A stretch of DNA of 64,000 bases from Geosiphon pyriformis uo1 (lineage: Eukaryota > Fungi > Glomeromycota). The notes below the pieces were generated by a model. It was not told where the DNA came from. It was given only the letters and a program-made list of their open reading frames with translations, and did not search any database. Where the stretch lies: positions 1,134,459-1,198,458 of the forward strand of contig JAAOMT010000009.1 of NCBI GenBank assembly GCA_016748015.1, written 5' to 3'. Position numbers and translations under genes: made by a program. Position 1 is the first letter of the stretch. Every line of letters begins with the position of its first letter. Of the stretch, positions 38,966-50,095 are shown in pieces.

Positions 38966-41585
38966 CTATTGTGTTTGAACCGAATTAGCTCTGGTGATGT
39001 CACCTTCGCTCAACAGATCTCGTTTAGGATCGCTCCTATTTCTTATAAAGATAGGAAAGTATTCCTCCTCTTCCTCGTCATTATACCCGCCCATACTAAA
39101 TTTCAAGTTTGACACCCCATCTGTAATCTCCCCAGCACCTGGATACCCACCATTCCCGCGAATTCTCGGTGATCCGGGAGCAGATAAGGGTTTGGGTATC
39201 TTGACTTTAAGGTTACCCAGATCGCCGATATCAGATCCCACGAATGAGTCAGGGTAGGCACGATGGAGAGCAAGCTTCCTGGCTCTTACATACTCCATGC
39301 CCATTAATTTCCAGTCAAGTAAATCCGACAATCGTTCTGTTCGATTTCGTTGATTTATACGTTGACGACGCGTCTTTTGGCAAAATTGTAACATATAATC
39401 AGCAAGCTGTTGAATTGACTCTTCGACAGATTTCATTCGACGATCCACAATGTAAATTCCATAATCCGAAGAATTCTCTATCATTTCATCCATATAACAG
39501 CCGAACCCGGAAAGATTTGTCGTTATCGATGGCAGGCCCATAACTGTGCATTCGGCAGGTGTATACCCCCATGGTTCATAGTAACTTGGAAAAACTCCCA
39601 AATGGCAGCCTCTTACGAAATCATCATAGTCGAGACCGATGAGAGGATTGTTGGAGTTCAAGAATTCTGGATGGAATATAACTTTTACTCTATCTGATGG
39701 GTTATTGAAAAGTTGAAGACGACGAAGTTGATTGAGGATCGGGTCATTGTTGTCGTCTGCCATGTTATGGGTCACTATAGGAGGAAGAGTGGTACGTTTC
39801 AAAGCGATTACCCGTCTCTTCAACAACACTTTCTCCTCGGGACTAAGTAACTCTGCTGGATTAACAACTGCACCGCTAACTTCCCCACTACAAATAATCC
39901 AAGAGGTTGTAAATAAAGTTATAGTGAAGATAAAGATCAACAGATTGCTTTACATACCCAGTATAACGTGCTGCCTTTTCAAATATACGTTGACTTATCT
40001 TTTCTGTGATATCTTTTACCGTTTCATGAAGCTGCTTTGTGACCGCTTGACCTTTAAGGGCTTCGACGGTGAATGAATGAGTAGCTGCAGGCATTACAAT
40101 GAATGCTACCACAGTGATGGGTGAGTTACAAGCTTTTAGACGTTCATTTAATCCTGGTGTATATGAAAATCAAAGGATGAGTGAGTAATATTGAACCTGG
40201 TTTGATCTGATGTCAAAAATTTCTACTCACGTGCCAAAGACTCAATGAACATATCTACCCCCTTGTTCCGATATTCATAACGCCCGGCGGTAAAGAAATA
40301 TAAGGTATTCTCAAGATCAAAATCATAATATCCATAAAAGTGACCACGAATGAAATTATGAATTTTCTGCTTATTCACAGCATGAAGATTTTGGAATTCG
40401 TGCATTGCAGAGAATTTGACCACGTTTAGACCATTGGGAAGAACACCATCTAGTGAAAAAAGTTTAATGTAAATTTCAAAATTCAATTTCATCAGAAAAA
40501 AGCTGATCAAAGAATCACCAACCTGGTTTTCTCTTGAGCAAGTGCTCAGATTCATATGCAGTTATTTGACTCACTGTTGTAAATACATCTGAACAGTGAG
40601 CCGCGGCTCTTTCAACACAATATCGGTGATATATGCCACGTTTTCCAGCTTCCTCGTCTACGGCAAAGTTAGCAATGTTATTGTAGAAATCTACAGATCC
40701 AGCGCACAAATATCGTCCAAGCAAAGTTGCATGGGTAGTGAAGATTGTGGTCACGTCTATATGACGTTTCCGAATGAGCGGAATTGCAACACCAGAAAGC
40801 CACTCGTGGAAATGTGCAATGACTGCTTTACTGCGCTCAAGTTTGACAAACTAATCATAAGATTTAATATTAAAAATTGCCTTCTGGTTGCTTGTACTGG
40901 TAGGTCATATGATTGCAAATTATCTGAATTTTACCTCTCCCAAAAACCAGGTGACAAGGTAACCAAATAAGATGGCTTCATTTGTTTCGGTATCATTTTG
41001 GGGAGATGGTATATGAGCGATATTCCATAGATCTCCTTTCCATTCATCAAGCTTATTGATGACAGACTGGGTATCAAATAAGAGTACTCGTGGTGCACCT
41101 TCGATCAACCAACGTCCGTACACATATTTTACTCCATAGTGAGACATGCCATCAAGAACTTCTTTGACGTATGGCATTGTGGGTTCTTCGGGTTCTACCT
41201 CTGCGGAAGCAGTCTTATACGCAAGAGGTCCAATCAGAGTGAATCTGTCGCCATATTCTTGACATGTAACAGGAGCTTTCGATTTGATCACAGTATAAAT
41301 TCCTCCAACTGAAGAAATGAAACAAATACAATAGATTAAATTCAAATTTCTTTTCCTAACAGGAGATAGAAGTTTGAAGATCCATCGATAAAGAAAATTG
41401 ATTTCAATTAAATATCTAATTAAGAGGAAAAGCTAAATTATTTGAAGGATTTAATTTCTCCTTTCCCGACCCCAAGTGGAAAATAAAGCAATTATGGTGA
41501 TATGTTTGATTTTAAACATACCTTTATTTGCAACCTCCCACGCAATTTCAAACAATAAATGGTTATGAACATCACGGTGAACCAT
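38966..41585 (-). CDS. GSY: Glycogen synthase (GT3), spliced
   Basis: [83 protein letters not shown]. Confidence 0.98.
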
Positions 41586-42453
41586 TTTATTTTTTATTTT
41601 AAAATTTTAACAATAATACCAAAGACTACAAGGTAGTAAAATGGAAGGAAGAGTGGACAAAGAATTATCATAAAATTTGAACAAATTTCCTTTTTGCTAG
41701 GACATTCACTAAAAAAAACATGGCTATTTTATATTTTAATGATGAAGACGATAAATTGATTATGAGAATCTTTGAATCGATAGTACAAATGATGGGGAAA
41801 TATCTAGTTCTGTTAAGGGAAAGTGGCGACTAATTTAAATGGCCACATGTTGTTTTCAGCTAGCCGTTTTCGGAGTCTAGTTCTCAGATTGCCCAAACCC
41901 CACAAATTTATGTTTAAATGCCACCTGTAATGATGTAATGTTTATGGCATGTTCATCGATTGGGAAAGTATTTCCAGATATTTGACGACACTATGCTCAA
42001 TTTAATGCATTAATTTTAAATGGTTTCTCTAATTGTGAACATGCGAAAGACCCGAAATTTTTATGGTTCAGGGTACATTATAAATTCATAATCATCTAAA
42101 TTAAATGCGCATTCCGTTGAAGTTTTTGAACTCTCTTGGTCCTGCAATCTAATGATCAAATATATGGCTGCTAAAAAAAATGGTCTCCCATAATATTCAA
42201 TATGCCGATTTGATCAAATCAAATTTTTTAAAATGCAATATTGTTATAATAATCATGATGATGATTAATAAATCTCCTCAAGCAAAATGCCTCTAAGAAA
42301 TAAATCACAGAATATAAAGGAAATGATTTAATTCATTTCAAAGGATATAAATTTGTCAAATTTTTTCAGGTAGGCTAACAAACTATCAAATATTTCTTTC
42401 AATTAATTATCAATTCATCTTTTATCTATTTCAATTCCGATTACCTTTTTCCA

Positions 42454-42821
42454 ATGGCAAGATATTTTGTCTTTCGAAAGCCAGTATTCCTCACGTTACT
42501 TCTCGTATTATGCGATTGGTTCACCAACGCTGCATTAATTCGAAAACGTAATGAAATTTGTTTGAACCAATGCAATGATCCATTCAACAATCCGTGCGGC
42601 TTCCCCGTAATGCCATGTGTCGAAAGTGAATCACTTCAAACGCAATCCACCCAACAAGAGGATTGTCTCGAAGATCACCGACTCTCGGCGTGCGACAATA
42701 ATCAATATCAGCAACAATCATGTGATAAAAAAGAAAACGATTACACTGTGATTACAAAGCGAGATCAGTTACTGAGTAAAGAAAGGCTAAGGAAACGATA
42801 TACAAACTATGAAATAGTACC

Positions 42822-42853
<32 letters not shown>

Positions 42854-44178
42854 GTGGTGGTGACGATGAGAATATAATCATGATTATGAATGAAGAGGAA
42901 AATGTGCCCGTCATGATGGAAAATTATATGATACCGAGTGAATGTATTATGCCACCAATCCCAAACATTGGAAATTTCAAAACCGCCCAAGATACGAATT
43001 ATCAAGAATGTTGTTGTAATAGTCATGCCCTACAATCGTGCTCAGATAAGCAACATCAAGCCGAAGAAGCTTGTGGTGGACAAGGTTCTTGTGCCCTCGC
43101 ATTAAAACGATATCTGAGTCGACGTTGTGATCCTTATATTGGAACTCCTCTTTCCTGTGGTTGTGACATTTGTCCCTTACCGATCATTCCTCCCGTAGAA
43201 ACTTATAAATGTTGTAGTAACAAAGATTATCAACAATGTGGTGCCGAAAATGAATCTCTGGAATCTTGTTGCAATGATCAACATGGAATTAATTCGTGCA
43301 GCGAACAACAAGGTGCTAGCACTTACATTATGAAACGTGAATTTATCCCAACTAATGGTGATCAGTGTGGTTTTCCTTGTTGTCCAAATCAAGCAGTTGA
43401 AAGTCTGAATTCTTGCTGTCAAGATGAATATTCAGAATTCGGTTGTAACAATTCGGCTTACGAGTCATGTGATAATAAACAAAATCAACTATGTTGTTGT
43501 GATCAAAATGAGGAAGCTTATACTCGAGTTGCTCGAAAGAAGAAACGATCCCGGTCATTTATACCTTCAGGACCCTTGAAAAGAAGACACCTTAAACGCC
43601 AATGTACATACACCATTTCAATGCTAGATGTTGGCGATTGCAAAACAGCGGGACAAAAAGAATACGCGTGTAGCAACTGTAAATCAGGTGAAACACAAGC
43701 CTGTTGTAATCGACAAGCTGAGGAGCAAAAGACTGGTGGTTGTGGAGGTTCTTTTGATCTTGTGATGAAACGAAATCTGGGTTTCCCTTTTCAAAATAAT
43801 CATCGTATCAACAAACTCTTACGTCGACGACCCCTTCAAATAAATATGGCGATGGAAAGAGAAAGAGAAGGACAAGTAGCTGATTGCGATAATGGATCGA
43901 CTTGTGAATCGTTTGATAATCAGGATCAAGTTTGTTCGAATGATTTATATCAAGTCGAAAAGGCCGCGCTTGGTACGAATATGATGCGAAAACGGTCACC
44001 ATTAAATCTGGCTATGGCGATGGAAGGACAAGAAAGACAGTGTGAAGCTTGTTGTGATGATACTCAACATGAGGAATGTTGCTGCCAGCAAAACGAGCTA
44101 GAAAGCTGCGAATGTTGTGAAGATAGCTTTGCTGCATTGGATGCCAAAAATCCTAGAATATGGATGGAAAAATGTTAG
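42454..44178 (+). CDS. Predicted secreted cysteine-rich polyprotein with Kex2-type dibasic sites and seven 48-aa modules (KEP-like precursor)
   Basis: Uninterrupted 574-codon ORF; hydrophobic N-terminus VFLTLLLVLC..TNA; about ten KR/RR clusters; about 55 Cys by manual count; repeated modules. Confidence 0.88.
42823..42852 (+). repeat. (GAT)10 microsatellite encoding poly-Asp inside the polyprotein
   Basis: Ten consecutive GAT codons. Confidence 0.9.
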
Positions 44179-45573
44179 TGTGTATGAGAAAGAGATTAAT
44201 GTTATTTGGAATGTGATAAATATTGTATTTTAGAATTTCATATTATAATATCAAGTCATGTAATTTATTTAATTGAACCCGAATCAGAAAAAGAAGGAAT
44301 AGTGTACCTGATATTAGACTTTCCTTCATATAATTAATGCCATTGGATTAATATTTTTCATTCCCTGATGCGTATTTTATGATGGTTGGTTTACATTGCT
44401 TGCCATAAATAACGAGAATTAAAAAACAAGGCCCTAAAAAAACACTGTAAAATGAAAAAAATTCCACTTGGTGATTGTGGTATTCACAATCCTCCAATTT
44501 TAGCAAGATTAAGTAATGTTTCTCTTTTTACAACATATAAATATGTTTTATAACTCAAAAGAAAAAAAAAATTGAAGCTATTTCTTTATTTTAACCATAC
44601 AATAATTTTTGCCTTCTTAAAACCAAAATGTTACCAATTGAAAATTAGATTTTAAAAACCATTAAAAAAATATTTTAATTAATTATTATTAGCCAATTGT
44701 ATTAAATAATTTTTTTAAATACTTAAATTTTGAAATATGTATTTTAAAAATATAACTTTTTAATTTCTCAATTATTTTTAATAAAATAATTATTTCCTCT
44801 TTTGTTTGAATATTATTATTAAATTCTAAATTTTAATAAACCCCCAAATTAATAAATAATTTTTGGTTAAAATTAATATTTAATAATTCAAAATAAATAG
44901 TTTGAGAAATTACTGTAAAAATCATAAATATTTTAAATATTGACATCTATTATTTTTAATTGTGTTGATTAGAGTTCTAAAAAATGAATCATCAAAAAAG
45001 AGGTTTTTAAAATTTTTTACAAATGAAATGAGCCAAAAAAATTCTTTTTCAAAATTTTTCAGGGCAGCAACGAAAAAGATTTAAATAACATATTGGAATT
45101 TGCAAGACCAACAAAATTTACATAAAGAATATAGGCTTACAGAAAAAAATAGCATATAAAATGAAAATATTATATTATCAAATTATAATGAATGGTCAAT
45201 TTTACGTTGAAAGAATGCTAGGAGATTCCAGCAAGATAATAATCCGAAGCACAAATGTAAAATTGCTCGACCATTTATTGCTATTGAATGAGGAGTGGCC
45301 GGATCCACCCTAATTGGCTTTTGTGAGATGGTGATCGCGAATAGTTGAAATGTAATAATCATTTTTCTAAATCCGGCTTAGAATTGTACTAGCGTACACT
45401 CACAGAAAATTATTAGCATACACAATTAAACAATTATGTCTTAATTTGGTAAATGAAATGTCGAAAATAATTAGTTCATAGATTATTTGCATATAGACAC
45501 TAAATCTACATACTTGTAAAGCTGGAGCTCAAATAATAAAGTTCAGAGAATTTATTGCCAAAAAACGATTCTC

Positions 45574-45601
45574 GTTATTTACAGCGAGCGCTGTAAATAA
45601 C
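45574..45601. promoter_or_regulatory. Perfect 13-bp inverted repeat containing two forkhead-like GTAAATAA sites
   Basis: GTTATTTACAGCG-AG-CGCTGTAAATAAC, about 280 bp upstream of the ATG at 45883. Confidence 0.55.
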
Positions 45602-45882
45602 TATTCAAAAGGGTGGAACCGCAAGAAAATATTTTTTATAACGGAAATTTTCATAATAAAAAATCTGGAGTTGGAAGTTTCATCAATCACCCTTGGGCAG
45701 GATATTTAATCCTTCGACTAATTCATTTTTAAATTATTCAATTTTTTAGATTTCCTCTCGAAATTTGGTTATTCTACATGCTGTCCTACCCTCCTATTAA
45801 TTGGATATGGGTATACATATTACCGGACTTCAATTATTTGTTTCGCGCCATTTGAGAAATTATTTTATAAAGATAACCTCAA

Positions 45883-47489
45883 ATGTCGCCTGTCACACAA
45901 AACATGAAAGAAAAGCTCATTCAGAGTTATGTATTTTGCTATTATGTGTCTGGTCATGGTAAGTTCAGTTCCAATTCATTATAGTTTTTATTCTCAAATT
46001 AAGATTTTAACTGAGTGCATCCTTAGGCTTTGGACACGCAACTCGAGTTGTTCAAATTGCGACCAAGCTTTTGGCTCTTCCGCGTCATCACAAACTTTAC
46101 ATAATATCCAACGCACCAAAATTTATTTTTAACAGTGCAATCAGTGTTGGAGCCATCTATAGACATGCGCTCATTGACGCTGGAGTAAACCAACCGCTAG
46201 CATATACTGTTGATAGATGCCAAACAATAAAAAATCTGCAAACATTCCTAAGCAAGAGACAGGATTTGTTGGATCAAGAAGTCAACTGGTTGCGAGAGGT
46301 CAAGGCCGATATTGTACTATCTGATGCTCCATTCTTGCCATGGTAGTTCAACTTTTTTTAAAAGAAAATTTTTTAATTAACCATGTTTTAATCGGGTATT
46401 CAATACATTTTTGATTTTAAACATAGTGCAGCTGCTGCCGAAGTCGGGATTCCATCTTCAATAGTCAGTAATTTTACTTTTGATGCAGTATATTCTGGTT
46501 TGTGTGAAGGTGACGAACTAGATATTACCATAAACCATCTTTCGGACCACGTGATTGCCGATTATAGAAAATCCGAATTGTTAATAAGACTCCCAGGTTA
46601 TATTTCAATACCTTCATTTGCTGGCACACAACTATATCCGGATTCAAAAATCTTACCAGTGGAATCTGTTAGTAATGGTATTGTCTCCCTTTCAACATCC
46701 TTCAGCAACAAATCGAAAGCATTGAAACAAATAACTCGTCGGATAATTGATGTCCCCCTTGTGGTTCGAAAATTTAAAAACCCTCGAGAGATGGTTCTCA
46801 AAAATCTTGGGATTCCACAAGAGATATTTCAGGCAAACAAAGTTTTATTGGTGTCCTTTGGGGGACAAATACTTCAAGACATTGATACTTTAAATTCACC
46901 AATACCTGATGGATGGATTGCAATAGTCTGTGGTAGTCATACGATGAAAGGCAAAGTATTACCGCCACGGTTTTACCGATGTCCTGTAGATGCATATGTT
47001 CCTGATTTGACCAATGCCGCAGATGTAGTTATGGGAAAATTGGTAAGGTTAAAAAGTTTTAATTGTTACTCAATTTTTTACTTGTTTAAAAGCTTAATCA
47101 TGCTTTTAAAAACTTTAAATTAACTGTCATAATAGGGTTATGGAACTTGTTCCGAATGTATCGCCCATTCCAAGCCATTTATATATGTACCACGTCCACA
47201 ATTTATAGAAGAAGATGGTCTTAAACGTTTGATGGAAATTCAAGGATCATGTGTCGAGATGCCTAAAGAAGATTTTGAATTAGGTCATTGGAGTAGCTAT
47301 ATTCTTCATGCCTACGGGATGCTCGGAGTTTGCGAAGAATCAAATCAAAGATTGTCGCATGATGGTGGTGAAATTGTGGCCCAAACTTTAGAACAATATT
47401 TGGATGAACGTGGCGGTAATTTTAATATCGATTTGACGAGATCTTCTCAAGCTACTCCTTTGGACTCTAGTGTTGCTGCCCTAATATAA
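45883..47489 (+). CDS. GT-B-fold glycosyltransferase-like protein homologous to the N-terminal domain of plant L-arabinokinase (spliced)
   Basis: YYVSGHG/FGHATRVVQ, LSDAPFLP, VSNFTFD, DVPLVVRK, LVSFGG, YVPDLTNAADVVMGKL/GYGTCSECI, YVPRPQFIEE; no GHMP kinase domain follows. Confidence 0.85.
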
Positions 47490-49076
47490 TCATTTATTAC
47501 ACGTTACTTTTCATTCATTCATTCATTCATAGAGAATTTTATTAATCTTATTTAATCAGTTCTTAATAAGTATTTAGACGCCTTCGGATAGAAAATTCGG
47601 CTTATGGTTTAGATTTTTTTTAAAACATAGACCCAAGATTTTAGATACATTAGAGTAACTAATTTATTTAAACGAGTTTATTATTACAATTATGATTGTT
47701 ATGGTTATTATATCTTTAATTTAATGTTTATTGAACAAATATGGTAAAAAATATGTTAAAACTTAAAGTTTTGGTGATTTGAGGTTTAAATTCATTATAC
47801 GTATTAGAAAATAAATTTTAATTTGTAATAAAACTTATAATTTCACAATTAAAATTATTAAATTTTTTGTCTCATTTTATAAAGTGTGATAATTGCAATA
47901 TAAAATATATTGTTTTTACATTTTTAAAAATCTCAAAAATTTTAATGATAGATAAATTAATTGCTAAAATATTTTTACCTTTAATATTTAATCTTTTACT
48001 TGGTAAGTTAACAACAAAATCACCAATTCGTAAAGATTATTTATGAACTTATTGATACAAATTGGTTTCCATTTCTAGCTCAAGATAAAAACTATGATTT
48101 TTCAATTGTTTAGTTACAAAGTTGTAATTTGAATCATTTAAATATCTAATGTACAAGGCTTTTTATCTGAAAACAGACAAAATAAACTTTTCCAAGAGCT
48201 AACAATCATCAAAAAAGCATTCACATCTTGAACTTTTGGCCATGTAATTCATTGGTATTTTTAAATTACATGAAAGTTGTCCAACAATATGAGTTGATAC
48301 TCAATGTCAGACTTATCTTCAACTGCCTAATTGTCTATAACATGTGAAGTTCTTAGATCTTTTGATTAATTCAGCTTAAAATACTATATTATGTAAATCT
48401 TTTCATTAAACATCATCTATGCTACTAGGTCAATAAACCTCATAAATTCTAACCACTAAGACACAACATGTTTCAACTTACTTTTTGAGTGTTAATATTT
48501 TCTTACAAAAATACACTCAAGCTGTTGATGGGCCAGTTTGTTTTGTTTGTCTGTTTCTGGATTAATTGTTCAGCTTATTTTTCTTTAATTAAAATTAACT
48601 AACTGCTGCTTGGTTTTCAAATATTTACTTTAAAAAATCTATACCAATATTTTGTAAAAGAGCATTTTTATAAGAGACTCTACAATTATATTTGAGTTTA
48701 TTCTTTACATTAAGTGGATACTCTAGCAATTTTTTAAAGTATAAAATATTACTCTGTGTATACAAAACTTTTATAATAATACTATTTACTTTTTTAATGT
48801 TTTAATCTCAAGTTAAGATTTGAATTAAAACCAATTAAAACAACCAAATTATTGATTGCTGTTTCTCTTACAAAATATCAAACCAAATAGTATTGTCAAG
48901 CTATTTGCTTAGATTACAAGACTTATATGTTAAATACACAAATAAAATACCAATATTATAACTTGTTATTGTAAGTTTAACTAAAATCAATAAATGTTTA
49001 TAATAACTATTATGGTTTTACTGGATTTAATTAAAAACATCTGTAAACAAACTAACCAGCAAAATTAACAAGACAG

Positions 49077-50095
49077 TGTTACCAGTAGAATTTTAGCTAT
49101 TAATTAGCATGAAATTACTCTTATAATTCCTATAATTAATTAGTATATTAATATCATTTCAAATTATCATTTATTATTTCATCAATTATCACATATTACG
49201 ATTCAATTAAATAATCCAATTAGTATAACAAAAAGTAGGATGATCAAATTACACAATACCCTGAACTTTGTAACATTCAAAAATTTGCCGAAATTTACAG
49301 AAATTCACTGAAATTTATAAGAAATTCACCGAAATTTATAGAAATTCGCCAAAATTATGAATAGTTCACCCAAATTAATCAATAGTTCAGTGAAATAACT
49401 TGTAGTCCATCAAAATGTATCTTTAGTTCACCGAAATTTGAGCAAAGAGAAAAAGTGCAAAGACTAGTACTACAACAAGTTGTATAAAAGAAGAGCTTTT
49501 TTCTTCAAGAAAATATATCTTACTTTAGATTTATCACTTAGAACCATTCCTATACACACAAAAAGAAATAAATATTAAATAATTTAAAAACCCAAATTCT
49601 TTAATTATTGCACTTGGAAAATTCCCAAAACCCAACTAACGTTTTGAAATTGATTAGCTACCAATTTCAGTAAACTGTTAGTGACTCCAGGTCTGGATAG
49701 AAAACATTTCCCTTGACAGAATTCAATTTCTTTTACATTTCTTTTACATTTCTTTTATTTTCTTATTATAATCATTAAGGTAGCCTACAGACAAGATTCT
49801 TGTAGAAGAGTTGATTTTCACAGCAAAGTAACTACACATTTTTAGTGAGCTTCCAGACGAGCAATTTCTGGGAAAGAGTTGACATTTACTACAACGTAAC
49901 TACATAAAGTAACTGGCAAGAAATTGGCCATTCCACTTATAAGCCCAGCAAGTTCAAATTATATTCTATAATTTGAAGATAAATTCAGTTATTGGAAGTT
50001 CAACTACTTCTAGAAAACGTGAATTTGCAACCAACAGACATTTACAACATTCAAGAAAAGAGACCAAAAACCTTCGGTAACAACAGTAATTACAA
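49077..50095 (+). mobile_element. Probable LTR (starts TGTTACCA, ends near 49773 ..ATCA) plus 5' internal region of a retrotransposon
   Basis: TG start, about 20-bp internal subrepeats (GAAATT..CACCGAAATT), and an inverted homologous copy at 54660-55635. Confidence 0.6.

Noticed and set aside
23239-41585. Metabolic gene cluster (PGM, FOL1, PRS, GSY)
   Set aside because: The genes belong to different primary pathways and are interspersed with unrelated genes.
42454-44178. Hydrophobin or classical metallothionein call for the Cys-rich ORF
   Set aside because: It lacks the fixed eight-Cys hydrophobin pattern, Cys number varies between modules, and a large signal-bearing precursor with aromatic residues is unlike classical metallothioneins.
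48000-49070. Possible decayed DNA-transposon coding region
   Set aside because: No catalytic motif or terminal repeat could be identified by eye.
49285-49440. CRISPR-like short repeats
   Set aside because: Degenerate tandem subrepeats of about 20 bp without unique spacers, inside an LTR-like element of a eukaryote; no cas genes.
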